Origin: Oxalobacter sp.
GTDB lineage: Bacteria > Bacillota > Clostridia > Oscillospirales > Ruminococcaceae
Reading direction: 5' to 3'
NCBI GenBank assembly: GCA_963615785.1
Contig: CAVEID010000009.1
Location: 11,733 to 75,732, forward strand
DNA: 64,000 nucleotides
Shown here: one piece after another, positions 52,619-62,403 of the stretch
Layout: every line of letters starts with the position of its first letter
How positions within the stretch are numbered: position 1 is the first letter of the stretch
Notes under the pieces: generated by a model
What the model saw: the letters and a program-made list of their open reading frames with translations, nothing else
Told to the model about the DNA's origin: nothing
Databases searched by the model: none
Position numbers and translations under genes: made by a program

Positions 52619-54475
52619 TCAGGTGATGTCGTAGTAGCTGTGGTTCGGGTTGTGGCCGTTTTCTTCCACCACGATGGTGAAGCCCATGGGGTTCACCTCG
52701 GTGTGCTTGCCGGAAGCCAGCGGCTCCACGATGATGTGCTCCGAGCGGTTCACGATGATCTCCGCTGTTTCAAAATCACCTACACGCTGATAGTGCAGAA
52801 TGCCGTCCTGTGCCCGCAGCACCCGCAGCTCACCGGTGCGGAAGGCTTCACAGGTGTGGCGCAGCTGTGCCAGCTGGGCAAGCACCGGGCGCAGACGCTC
52901 TTCGTGGCTGTCCCAGCAGTAGAACCCACGGTTGAAGGGGTCGCGGTAACCCTGCATCCCGATCTCGTCGCCGTAGTAAAGGCAGGGCACGCCGGGCAGA
53001 GTGTAGATGATGGCATAAGCCATGCGCAGGCGCAGCATTCCTTCTTCATAGGCGTCGCCGGTGACGCAGCGGCCGCTCTGCCACTCACGCCCGCGGCCAT
53101 TGGCGGGCTCGTCTGCGATGACGGTCAGGGCACGTTCCGTGTCATGGGTGGACAGGAAGTTCAGGGCAGTGTCCATGGCAGGGGCAGGGTAGTGCTCGCA
53201 GATGGACAGGATCTCGCCCATAGCCTGCTCGGCGGGCTTGCCCTTCACAAAATCCAGCACGGCGTTCTTGAACGGGTAGTTCATCACGCTGTCCAGCCCC
53301 CTGCCCAGCAGGTAAGTGCGGCGCTGACCGAAGCCATACTTGGTGGTGGCGTCTTCCCACACTTCGCCCAGCAGGAATTTTTCCGGGCCGACCCGTTTGA
53401 CGGCAGTGCGGATCTTTTCAATGAAATCGTCCGGCAGTTCGTCGGCCACATCCAGACGGAAACCGGCTGCACCGCGGCGCAGCCAGGTGTCGATAACACC
53501 GCCCTTGCCGGTGATAAATTCCACATAGGAAGGGTTCTCTTCGTTGACCTCGGGAAGGGTCTCAAAGCCCCACCAGCTGCGGTAGCCGCCCTTGTACTTG
53601 GAGTCAAAGTCGTACCAGCTGCGGTAGGGAGAGTTGAAATCGCGGTAAGCGCCGCCGTCGCCGTAACGGCCTTCGCGGTTGAAGTAGCGGCTGTCAGAGC
53701 CGGTGTGGCTGAACACACCATCCAGCACGATGCCGATGCCGTATTTCTGCGCTTCTTTGCACAGCTCCTCAAAGTCCTCGTTCGTGCCCAGCAGCGGATC
53801 CACGTTGAGATAGTCGGCGGTGTTGTAGCGGTGGTTGGAGTGGGCCTCGAAGATGGGGTTCAGATAGATGAAGTCCACGCCCATCTCATGCAGGTAGGGC
53901 AGCTTTAACTGGATGCCCTTCAAATCGCCGCCGAAGTAGTCTTCGTTCAGGTGGCCGCCGATCTCATTGGGCTGCCAGAAAGGTTCGGCGTGCTTGTCGG
54001 CCTGATACAAACGGTCGTGGAAGGGCATGGGCTTGTTCTCCACACCCTCGCAGAAGCGGTCGGGGAAGATCTGATAAAACACCTTGCCCTTGATGCACTC
54101 CGGGGTCTGGAAGTCGGCGTCATAAACGGTGATCTGCCACTTTTCGCCGTCCTGCCAGCTGACGAGGCCGCAGTTGTCCGGCCCGCGCACGATGCGGCGG
54201 AAGTCGGTGTAAAGGTCGAAATAATAGAAGTACAGGCCCGGATCGTTCAGCGGGATCTCCACAGAAAAGTGATTCTGCTTGGGAGTCTGGCCGTCGAACT
54301 TCATGCGGTAGTGCACGGGCACGTCGTATTTGCCCTCTTTCTGGAGCACCAGATGGGGGTCCACATAGCCCAGCTCTTCCGGGATGCACAGAGTCAGGCG
54401 AACGGTCTGACCGGCACGCAGGGCGCCGAAGGGCTGTTTGAAGTAAGGATCATAACTATTGAACAGACAAGACAA
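52619..54475 (-). CDS. GH13 alpha-amylase family enzyme (neopullulanase / cyclomaltodextrinase / maltogenic amylase-like), cytoplasmic
   Basis: GH13 regions are GVDFIYLNPIF..HRYNT, GFRLDVADE, GEVWED and FLSTHDTER. TTG start with RBS AAAGGA. No signal peptide. Confidence 0.8.
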   Translation of the reverse strand: MSCLFNSYDPYFKQPFGALRAGQTVRLTLCIPEELGYVDPHLVLQKEGKYDVPVHYRMKFDGQTPKQNHFSVEIPLNDPGLYFYYFDLYTDFRRIVRGPDNCGLVSWQDGEKWQITVYDADFQTPECIKGKVFYQIFPDRFCEGVENKPMPFHDRLYQADKHAEPFWQPNEIGGHLNEDYFGGDLKGIQLKLPYLHEMGVDFIYLNPIFEAHSNHRYNTADYLNVDPLLGTNEDFEELCKEAQKYGIGIVLDGVFSHTGSDSRYFNREGRYGDGGAYRDFNSPYRSWYDFDSKYKGGYRSWWGFETLPEVNEENPSYVEFITGKGGVIDTWLRRGAAGFRLDVADELPDDFIEKIRTAVKRVGPEKFLLGEVWEDATTKYGFGQRRTYLLGRGLDSVMNYPFKNAVLDFVKGKPAEQAMGEILSICEHYPAPAMDTALNFLSTHDTERALTVIADEPANGRGREWQSGRCVTGDAYEEGMLRLRMAYAIIYTLPGVPCLYYGDEIGMQGYRDPFNRGFYCWDSHEERLRPVLAQLAQLRHTCEAFRTGELRVLRAQDGILHYQRVGDFETAEIIVNRSEHIIVEPLASGKHTEVNPMGFTIVVEENGHNPNHSYYDIT

Positions 54476-54491
54476 AGCGGTCGTCCTTTCT

Positions 54492-54527
54492 CAAAAAAGC
54501 CCCGGCGGGCCAAACGCCGCCGGGGCT
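54492..54527 (-). terminator. Rho-independent terminator after glgP
   Basis: Stem AGCCCCGGCGG / CCGCCGGGGCT. On the minus strand it is followed by TTTTTTG. Confidence 0.75.
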
Positions 54528-54545
54528 GATGGATTTAAGGGAAAA

Positions 54546-56951
54546 TTACTTGCCCATGGGGACAGGAGAAGCGTACCAGATGTCGCGTGCGTAGTCCAGC
54601 ACGGAGCGGTCTGCGCTGAAGATGCCGCTGTTGGCGATGTTCTTCAGGCTCATGTGTGCCCACTTCTCACGGTCAGCATACAGCTTCTGCAGGTCGGCCT
54701 GTGCACGGCGGTAATCCTTGAAATCGGCCATGACCATATACGGGTCGCTGCTGCGCAGGTTCTCGGTGACCTCGTGGAAGTTCTCGCCGTTCCAGCCGTG
54801 CTCCAGGAAGTTCAGAGCGGCGTTTGCAACGTCGTCGCCCATGATGAAGGCATTGGGATGATAACCGACCTGCTTCAGGTTGTTGACCTCGGGAGTCAGC
54901 ATACCGAAGATCAGCTCGTTCTCCTTGCCGGCAGCGTCTGCGATCTCAACGTTAGCGCCGTCCAGAGTGCCCAGAGTGATCGCGCCGTTCAGCATGAACT
55001 TCATGTTGCCGGTGCCGGAAGCTTCGGTGCCGGCCAGAGAAATCTGCTCGGAGACCTCAGCTGCGGGCATCAGGTGCTCGCTCAGGGACACGCAGTACTC
55101 TTCCAGATAGACCACGCGCAGCTTCTCGCGCACAGCAGGATCGTTGTTGATCAGGTCGCCCAGCTTGCAGATCATGCGGATCATCTGCTTGGCCATATAG
55201 TAGCCGGGAGCAGCCTTTGCGCCGAAGATATAGGTCTTGGGGATGAAGTCGGCGTTGGGATTCTCTTTCAGATACAGATACTGAGCAGCGATATTCAGAG
55301 CGTTCAGGTGCTGACGCTTGTACTCGTGCATACGCTTGACCTGGCAGTCGAAGATGGAGTTGGGATCAATGACCTGACCGGTGCTCTTGGACAGATAGTT
55401 GGCGAAGTCTTTCTTGTTGTTCAGCTTGATCTCGTTCAGCTTCTTCAGGACGGTCTTGTCGTTCTCGAACTTGTTCAGCTTGGTCAGGTTGGAAGCATCA
55501 TGCTTGTAACCGTCGCCGATGGTCTCATCCAGCAGCTTGCACAGGCCGGGGTTGGAAGCCAGCAGCCAGCGGCGGTAAGCGATGCCGTTGGTCACGTTCT
55601 TGAAGGCCTGAGGCTTGAACAGATAGTAGTCGTGGAAGACACTGTCCTTTATGATCTCGCTATGCAGCTTGGAAACACCGTTGATGCTGTTGGAGGTGTA
55701 GGCGCAGATGTTGGCCATGCGCACCTGGTTGTCACCGATCAGTGCCATATAGTCGATCTTGCCCTGATCGCCGGGGAATGCCTTCTCCAGCTCAGCGCGG
55801 GCACGGCGGTCCATCTCGACCACGATCTGATAGATGCGGGGCAGGGTCATCTTGAAGATGTCCACATTCCACTTCTCCAGAGCCTCGGCCATGACGGTGT
55901 GGTTGGTGTAAGAGAAGACCTTCTGGCAGATGCCGAATGCCTTATCCCAGTCGAAGCCGCACTCATCCAGCAGGATGCGCATCATCTCGGGGATGGCCAG
56001 TGTCGGGTGGGTATCGTTCAGCTGGATCGCCACCTTATCGGGCAGGTTCTCCAGAGTTGCGTAGCTGGACAGGTGGTTCTGCACGATGTCGCCGATGGAA
56101 GCAGCAGACAGGAAGTACTGCTGACGCAGGCGCAGGATCTTGCCCTCAACATGGTTGTCGTTGGGGTACAGGACCTTGGAGATCAGCTCTGCATTGGCGT
56201 TCTTGCTCATTGCAGTGTTGTAGTTGCCCAGAGAGAAGCTGGACATATCGAAGTCGGGAGCCTTTGCCTGCCACAGACGCAGCTTGGCGACGCCCTTTCC
56301 GTCGTAGCCCTGCACATACATGTCGGAGGGAACAGCCATGACGCTGTTGTAGTTGGTGTGCTGGATATAATGGAAGCCATTGTCCCAGTTCTCACGGATC
56401 TCGCCGTCGAAACGGACTTCCACAGCCTGATCGGGGTGGCTCTTCAGCCAGACCTGACCGCCGGGCAGCCAGTTGTCAGCACGCTCCTGCTGCCAGCCGT
56501 CCACGATCTTCTGCTTGAAGATGCCGTACTCATACAGGATGGAGTAGCCGGTGCCGCACACGCCAGTGGTGGCCATGCCGTCCAGATAGCAGGCAGCCAG
56601 ACGGCCCAGGCCGCCGTTGCCAAGGCCTGCATCGGGCTCTTCCTCGAAGATGCTGTCAATGCTGATGTCAGCGTCGGACAGGGCCTTCTTTGCCACATCG
56701 TCCAGGCCCAGATTCATCAGGCTGGTCTTCAGGCTGCGGCCCATCAGGAACTCCATGCAGAGGTAATAGACCTGCTTGGTGCCGGTGCCGATGGCCTTGG
56801 ACTGGAACTTCTTGTGGTTCTCGCTCATCATCTGGCGGCAGATCAGTGCCAGAGAGCGGTAGATCTGCTGGTTGGAGGCAACGCTCAGCTCAACGCCGTA
56901 CTCGCTGGTGAGCTTGTCCTGAAGAATTTTTCCAAATTCCTTCGATGTCAT
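54546..56951 (-). CDS. glgP: Glycogen/maltodextrin phosphorylase (GT35)
   Basis: 801 aa. PLP-lysine motif EASGTGNMKFMLNGA, LGNGGLGRLAAC and typical GT35 length. Confidence 0.9.
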   Translation of the reverse strand: MTSKEFGKILQDKLTSEYGVELSVASNQQIYRSLALICRQMMSENHKKFQSKAIGTGTKQVYYLCMEFLMGRSLKTSLMNLGLDDVAKKALSDADISIDSIFEEEPDAGLGNGGLGRLAACYLDGMATTGVCGTGYSILYEYGIFKQKIVDGWQQERADNWLPGGQVWLKSHPDQAVEVRFDGEIRENWDNGFHYIQHTNYNSVMAVPSDMYVQGYDGKGVAKLRLWQAKAPDFDMSSFSLGNYNTAMSKNANAELISKVLYPNDNHVEGKILRLRQQYFLSAASIGDIVQNHLSSYATLENLPDKVAIQLNDTHPTLAIPEMMRILLDECGFDWDKAFGICQKVFSYTNHTVMAEALEKWNVDIFKMTLPRIYQIVVEMDRRARAELEKAFPGDQGKIDYMALIGDNQVRMANICAYTSNSINGVSKLHSEIIKDSVFHDYYLFKPQAFKNVTNGIAYRRWLLASNPGLCKLLDETIGDGYKHDASNLTKLNKFENDKTVLKKLNEIKLNNKKDFANYLSKSTGQVIDPNSIFDCQVKRMHEYKRQHLNALNIAAQYLYLKENPNADFIPKTYIFGAKAAPGYYMAKQMIRMICKLGDLINNDPAVREKLRVVYLEEYCVSLSEHLMPAAEVSEQISLAGTEASGTGNMKFMLNGAITLGTLDGANVEIADAAGKENELIFGMLTPEVNNLKQVGYHPNAFIMGDDVANAALNFLEHGWNGENFHEVTENLRSSDPYMVMADFKDYRRAQADLQKLYADREKWAHMSLKNIANSGIFSADRSVLDYARDIWYASPVPMGK

Positions 56952-57378
56952 AAAGGTACTCCTATCCGCATAAGTGCTTGTTTTTGTTAAAATAATGGAA
57001 CCAATTGCAGGCTGCAGGCACTTTCCCTCACTTACACTGCGGCCAACATAACAAAACCATTATAATATGCTGAAGCGCTAAATGCAAGGAATCAGGGGAT
57101 TTTTTCCGTAACTGACATTTTTTTATTGAAGTTTCTGACAAATCTGCCGAAAATTCAAAAAATACACTTTTTCTTGCGGCTTATTTATATTATAATAGAA
57201 AAAGGAAACTGCCGCTTTGCGCCTGTTTGGGTGGGAAACTCCGGGAGAAATGTGCCGGGAAACTCGCCCGGAGGGTGTCAAGACAGCAAAACGATACCGG
57301 GAACGGTGCCGTGCTCCCGGAAAAGGTCGGAATTTCACCGCTCTGCACAGGGCGGAAAAAGATAAAAGGGGAATATAC

Positions 57379-57801
57379 ATGGTCAACAAGGTACGGGTGA
57401 ACATCGCGGGGACGCCGTATGCCATCGCAACGACGGACTCGGAAAAATACATTCTGTCTCTGGCAAAGAAGCTGGACGAGGACATCACGAAGCTGCTGGA
57501 TGATAACGAAAATCTTTCGGTGACCAAGGCGGCGGTGTTCTGCGCCATGGATTATCTGGACGAATACCGCAAGAGCACCGGCAGCGCGGAGAACATGCGC
57601 GGCCAGATCCAGGACTACATTGCGGATGCGGCCCGGGCAAAGCTGGCGGAGGACAAGGCAAAAGCAGAGAATGAGGTGCTGCGCCGGGAAGCTGCTGCCC
57701 TGCGGGAGCAGCTGGAAAAAATGCGCAATAAGGAAGCCCGGCGGGAAGAACGGGCTGCCCAGCAGGCTGCGGCAAAAAGCGAAGCGGACGAGGCTGAGTG
57801 A
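57379..57801 (+). CDS. zapA: Cell division protein ZapA
   Basis: MVNKVRVNIAGTPYAIATTDSEKYILSLAKKLDEDI..AVFCAMDYLDE, followed by a charged coiled-coil tail. The listed ORF start at 57217 is an in-frame upstream extension. Confidence 0.75.
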   Translation: MVNKVRVNIAGTPYAIATTDSEKYILSLAKKLDEDITKLLDDNENLSVTKAAVFCAMDYLDEYRKSTGSAENMRGQIQDYIADAARAKLAEDKAKAENEVLRREAAALREQLEKMRNKEARREERAAQQAAAKSEADEAE

Positions 57802-57832
57802 GCCGCCTGACGCGGCAGGATAAAGGAGAAAT

Positions 57833-59908
57833 ATGTCAAAAATTGAGATCCTTGCCCCGGTGGGCAACGAAGAGATGCTCCGTGCTGCTGTGTTCAGCGG
57901 CGCGGATGCTGTTTATCTGGGCTTTTCGGGCTTCAATGCCCGCACCAGCGCCAACAATTTTGACGCAGAAACGCTGAAAGATGCCGTCCGCTTCTGCCAT
58001 GCCCGGGGCGTGGCCGTTCATGTGGCATTGAACACCACTGTCTATGGCGGTGAGCTGCCTGCGCTGGAACAGGCTATCCGTGCTGTTGCTGCCAGCGGCG
58101 CGGATGCTGTCATCTGTCAGGATCTGGCAGTGGCAACGCTGATCGGCAGAATTGCGCCTCAGCTGCCCCGCCACGGTTCCACGCAGATGAGCGTGCACAG
58201 CCTGCAGGGCGCACTGGAACTGAAAGAACTGGGCTTCACCCGCGTGGTGCTGGCCCGTGAACTGAGCCTGCCTGAGGTAGAGCACATCACAAAGCACTGC
58301 GGCATCGAGACCGAGTGCTTCGTCCATGGTGCACTGTGCATGTGCGTCAGTGGTCAGTGCTATATGTCGGCTTTTCTGGGCGGACGCAGCGGAAACCGCG
58401 GTTCCTGCGCGGGCCCCTGCCGCCTGCCGTTTGAAGCAAACGCCCTGCCGGAGGGCAAGCCGGGCCGCCTGCACCACCTGTCCTTGAAGGACAACTCGGT
58501 CATCGACAAGCTGGACAAACTGCAGGCGCTGGGCGTAGCATCGGCCAAAATCGAGGGCCGTCTGCGCACGCCGGAGTATGTGGCGGCGGCGGTCAGCGCA
58601 TGTCTCGCAGGCCGCGAGGGCCGTGCCTATGACCGCGACCTGCTGAAAAATGCGTTCAGCCGCTCGGGGTTCACGTCGGGTTATCTGGATGGAAAGATCG
58701 ATGGCACGATGTTCGGCGTGCGCAGCGAGGCGGACGCCGAACAGACAAAAAAGACCCTGCCTATGCTGCGGGAACTTTATCGCCGCGAACGCAGCCGCGT
58801 GCCGGTGAAGATGAAGCTGGAGATCGAAGAGGGCGGTGAGAAGCTCACCGTAACCGATGCTGACGGCAGCAAGGCCTTCGCCTATGGCGACGCAGAGCCC
58901 CAGCCCGCCCGCACTGACCCCACCGACAGCCTGCACCGCAGTCTTGCCAAGACCGGCGGCACGCCCTTTGCGGTGGAAGATAAAGATATCACTGTGGAAA
59001 TGGACGGCGGGCCGTGGTTCATCCCGGGCAGTGCGGTCAACGAACTGCGTCGCGAAGCGCTGGATGCTCTGCTGAAAAAGCGGGAAGTCCTGCGCCCGTG
59101 GCCCACCACCGAGGAGCATGTGCCTGCCCTGCCGCTGCGCACACTGCCGCCCCACCGCACCCTGCGTGCCCGGTTCGAGAGCTGGGATCAGGTACCGGAG
59201 CGGGCTCTCGGCGGCGTGGAATATCTCATTCTGCCCATTGCGCAGGCCGACCGTGTGCCCCGTGAGTGGCGCGGAAAAACCATTCTGGAACTGCCCCGTG
59301 TGATGTTTGGTCGTTTGGAAGAGGACACCGCCCGCCGCATTGCCGCCACACAGGATGCAGGCTTTGCGGGCTATGAGGTGAGCAACATTGCCCACCTGCG
59401 GATGTGCTGCGGCCTGCCCATGTCCGGCAGCTTTGGCCTGAACATCACCAATCAGCTGGCCGCACAGTTCTATGCAGACAATGGTCTTGGTTCCATGCTC
59501 ATCCTGCCCGAAGTGAAGGACAGCGACATCAGCACTATTGAGCCCACTCACAACGGCAAGCCTGTGCCCACCGGCGTGCTGGTCTACGGCCACATGCCGC
59601 TGATGGTCACCCGTGCCTGCCCGCTGCAGAACATCCATGACTGTGCCCACTGCGACAAGACCGGTGTGCTGACCGACCGCAAGGCAAAGAAATTCCCGGT
59701 GCGGTGCGGCCTTGGCGTGCGTACGATCTACAATCCCGTACCTATTTATATGGGAGACAAGCCGGGGGCTCTGACGGTGGATTACGGCGTGGCCTATTTC
59801 ACGCTGGAAAGCCGGGACGAAGCTGCCAAAATTCTGGACATGATCCGCGTTCATGCACCGTTTGAAGAGGATTTCACCAGAGGATTGTATTTCAAGGGGA
59901 CGAACTGA
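57833..59908 (+). CDS. Peptidase U32 family protein (long form with C-terminal DUF3656-like region)
   Basis: EILAPVGNEEMLRAAVFSGADAVYLG and the conserved Cys-rich segment ECFVHGALCMCVSGQCYMS..GGRSGNRGSCAGPCR are typical of U32 proteins. Confidence 0.85.
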   Translation: MSKIEILAPVGNEEMLRAAVFSGADAVYLGFSGFNARTSANNFDAETLKDAVRFCHARGVAVHVALNTTVYGGELPALEQAIRAVAASGADAVICQDLAVATLIGRIAPQLPRHGSTQMSVHSLQGALELKELGFTRVVLARELSLPEVEHITKHCGIETECFVHGALCMCVSGQCYMSAFLGGRSGNRGSCAGPCRLPFEANALPEGKPGRLHHLSLKDNSVIDKLDKLQALGVASAKIEGRLRTPEYVAAAVSACLAGREGRAYDRDLLKNAFSRSGFTSGYLDGKIDGTMFGVRSEADAEQTKKTLPMLRELYRRERSRVPVKMKLEIEEGGEKLTVTDADGSKAFAYGDAEPQPARTDPTDSLHRSLAKTGGTPFAVEDKDITVEMDGGPWFIPGSAVNELRREALDALLKKREVLRPWPTTEEHVPALPLRTLPPHRTLRARFESWDQVPERALGGVEYLILPIAQADRVPREWRGKTILELPRVMFGRLEEDTARRIAATQDAGFAGYEVSNIAHLRMCCGLPMSGSFGLNITNQLAAQFYADNGLGSMLILPEVKDSDISTIEPTHNGKPVPTGVLVYGHMPLMVTRACPLQNIHDCAHCDKTGVLTDRKAKKFPVRCGLGVRTIYNPVPIYMGDKPGALTVDYGVAYFTLESRDEAAKILDMIRVHAPFEEDFTRGLYFKGTN

Positions 59909-59909
59909 A

Positions 59910-60041
59910 ACTCCTTCCGTCATCGCTGCGCAATGCCACCTCCCTCCCGGAGGGAGGCTTTGGCAGGACGGAGAACTTTGCCGCACTGTCAAGAGCTCCC
60001 TCCCCGAGGGAGCTGTCGAGCGAACGCGAGACTGAAGGAGT
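59910..60041. repeat. Composite GC-rich palindromic intergenic repeat, copy C
   Basis: Outer pairing is ACTCCTTC/GAAGGAGT. Inner hairpins are CCTCCCTCCCGGAGGGAGG and GCTCCCTCCCCGAGGGAGC. The tail GCTGTCGAGCGAACGCGAGACTGAAGGAG resembles the reverse complement of the copy A segment at 46045-46100. Confidence 0.7.
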
Positions 60042-60068
60042 TATCATAAAATCAAAACGAGGTATACT

Positions 60069-60515
60069 ATGGAACCCATCACTGTAAAATATAAGGTACT
60101 GGATGCCCGGGCAAAGGTGCCCGCTTATGCTACCCCCGGTTCTGCCGCCGCAGACCTGTGCGCTGTGCTGGACGAGCCGCTTACCCTTGCGCCTATGGAG
60201 CGGGCGCTGGTGCCCACCGGCCTTGCCATTGAACTGCCCGGCCCCCAGAGCGTGGCACTGGTCTACGCCCGCAGCGGCCTTTCGATCAAGCACGGCCTGT
60301 GCATGGCCAATGGTGTGGGCGTTGTGGACAGCGATTACCGCGGCGAACTGAAAGTGCCCATGGTCAATCTGGGCAAAGATGCCTACACTATCCAGCCCGG
60401 TGAGCGTGTGGCACAGCTGTGCATCGCACCGGTGTACACAGCTGCATTCATGCCCGCCGAAGAGCTGGGCGATACCACCCGCGGCGAGGGCGGCTTTGGC
60501 TCCACCGGAAAGTGA
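60069..60515 (+). CDS. dut: dUTP diphosphatase
   Basis: 148 aa. Contains YATPGSAAADL, GVVDSDYRGE and the C-terminal RGEGGFGSTG. Confidence 0.9.
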   Translation: MEPITVKYKVLDARAKVPAYATPGSAAADLCAVLDEPLTLAPMERALVPTGLAIELPGPQSVALVYARSGLSIKHGLCMANGVGVVDSDYRGELKVPMVNLGKDAYTIQPGERVAQLCIAPVYTAAFMPAEELGDTTRGEGGFGSTGK

Positions 60516-60518
60516 GAA

Positions 60519-61079
60519 GTGAAAATGAGTCTGATCTTAGCTTCCGGCAGCCCTCGCAGGCGGGAACTGCTTTCCTTATATACCACAGACTTCACAGTCT
60601 GTGCCAGTGATTTTGACGAGAATGCGGTGACTGCCGACACTCCCGCCCATCTGGTAGAACAGCTGGCCCGGGGCAAATGCCTGGCTGTGTCGGCGCAGCA
60701 CCCCGGGGATGTGGTCATCGGCTGCGACACTGTGGTGGATGTGAACGGTGAAGTGTTCGGCAAGCCCCACAGCGTGGAGGATGCAAAGCGGATGCTGCGT
60801 GCCCTTTCCGGTGCCACCCATGAGGTGCACACCGGCGTGTGCATTTCAAACGGCAGCCACACCGAGAGCTTTGTGGACAGCTGCAGGGTGAGCTTTTTCC
60901 CGCTGAGCGAAGAGGAAATCGATTTTTATGCATCCACGAAGGAACCTTATGACAAGGCTGGTGCTTACGCTGTTCAGGGCCGTGCTGCACTCTGGCTGGA
61001 CCGCATAGAGGGTGATTATTACACCATCATGGGCCTGCCGCTCAGCCGCACCGTACAGCTGTTGAAGCGTTTTCTGTGA
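60519..61079 (+). CDS. maf: Maf-like nucleoside triphosphate pyrophosphatase (septum formation protein)
   Basis: LILASGSPRRRELL, DTVV..G...GKP, KAGAYAVQG. The start is the GTG at 60519 or the ATG at 60525. Confidence 0.85.
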   Translation: MKMSLILASGSPRRRELLSLYTTDFTVCASDFDENAVTADTPAHLVEQLARGKCLAVSAQHPGDVVIGCDTVVDVNGEVFGKPHSVEDAKRMLRALSGATHEVHTGVCISNGSHTESFVDSCRVSFFPLSEEEIDFYASTKEPYDKAGAYAVQGRAALWLDRIEGDYYTIMGLPLSRTVQLLKRFL

Positions 61080-61241
61080 GAAAAATGGGAAAAACGAAGA
61101 AAACTTGCGCAAACGCTTGAGAAATCGGCGGCTTGCGGCTATAATAGAACCGTGTTATTCTGCGCAGGGCGGCAGTGATTGGCCGTCAGACGTTGTGGTG
61201 ATATATCATAAAATAGGGAAGCATGAAGGAGATACTTTACA

Positions 61242-62264
61242 ATGGGCTTGTTTTCAAAAGATGTGGGCATTGATCTGGGCACTGCCAATACTCTGGTGTA
61301 TATGAAGGGCAAGGGCATCATCATGCGTGAGCCTTCTGTGGTGGCTGTGGACACAAAAACCGACGAAGTGCGCTGCGTGGGCGGCGAGGCAAAGGCTGTC
61401 ATCGGCCGCACCCCTGGCAGCATTGTGGCCGTCCGTCCCCTGAAAGACGGCGTCATTGCCGACTTTGACATCACCGCCAATATGCTGGAGAACTTCCTGA
61501 AAAAGGCATGCGGCAACAGCATGTTCTCCCGCCCCCGTGTGGTCATCTGCATCCCGTCGGGTGTCACGGAGGTGGAGCGCCGTGCTGTGCGTGAGGCTAC
61601 CCTGAAGGCCGGTGCCCGTCAGGTGTCCGTCATTGAGGAGCCCATGGCTGCTGCCATCGGCGCGGGCCTGCCCATCAGCGAGCCCACCGGCAGCATGATC
61701 GTGGATATCGGCGGCGGCACGGCGGAGATCGCTGTGATCTCTCTGGGCGGCATTGTGGCTTCCCGCAGCGTGCGCATGGCCGGTGATATGTTCGATCAGG
61801 CCATCATCGCCTTCATCAAGCGCAAGTATAACCTGCTCATCGGTGAACGCACCGCTGAGCAGATCAAGATCGAGATCGGCTCTGCCTATGCTCTCGACCC
61901 TGAGCTGACCATGGAGATCAAGGGCCGCAACCTGGTGGACGGCCTGCCGAAGAACATTGTGGTCCACTCCGAGGATGTGCGCGGCGCTCTGCTGGAGTGC
62001 CTGGTGAAGATCACCAGTGCCATCAAGGAGACGCTGGAGCGCACCCCGCCGGAACTGAGCGCTGACATCATCGACCGCGGCATTACTCTGACCGGCGGCG
62101 GCGCTCTGCTGCGCGGCCTGGATCAGCTGATCCAGAGCGAGACCGGCATTGATGTCCATATTGCGGAAGATCCTCTGGACTGTGTGGCCAAGGGTGCCGG
62201 CGCGGTGCTGGATCATGTGGACGTTCTGCACGACGTGCTGGACACCGACGGCGGCCATATGTAA
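61242..62264 (+). CDS. mreB: Rod shape-determining protein MreB
   Basis: [12 protein letters not shown], the actin-fold phosphate motifs [11 protein letters not shown] and [12 protein letters not shown]. Confidence 0.95.
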   Translation: MGLFSKDVGIDLGTANTLVYMKGKGIIMREPSVVAVDTKTDEVRCVGGEAKAVIGRTPGSIVAVRPLKDGVIADFDITANMLENFLKKACGNSMFSRPRVVICIPSGVTEVERRAVREATLKAGARQVSVIEEPMAAAIGAGLPISEPTGSMIVDIGGGTAEIAVISLGGIVASRSVRMAGDMFDQAIIAFIKRKYNLLIGERTAEQIKIEIGSAYALDPELTMEIKGRNLVDGLPKNIVVHSEDVRGALLECLVKITSAIKETLERTPPELSADIIDRGITLTGGGALLRGLDQLIQSETGIDVHIAEDPLDCVAKGAGAVLDHVDVLHDVLDTDGGHM

Positions 62265-62332
62265 AACAAACCTTGCGGAAAAGTGTTCTGCACTGCAGCT
62301 GTGCGTTTTTTCCGCCGCAAACAAAGCTTCTT

Positions 62333-62364
62333 GCGCGGATGGCAGCGGCTGTCCGCGCTTTTTT
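62333..62364 (+). terminator. Intrinsic terminator/attenuator between mreB and mreC
   Basis: Stem GCGCGGA / TCCGCGC with a 12-nt loop, followed by TTTTTT. A weaker hairpin plus T-run lies at about 62291-62310. Confidence 0.5.
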
Positions 62365-62403
62365 CATGGAACCGGCCTGTGCGCCGGACAGGAGGGAAAC
62401 CCC

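Noticed and set aside
45951-60041. CRISPR array interpretation of the GC-rich palindromes
   Set aside because: The hairpins are not regularly spaced direct repeats with unique spacers. There are only 2-3 imperfectly related palindromes per site at three separate loci, and no cas genes are present in the window.
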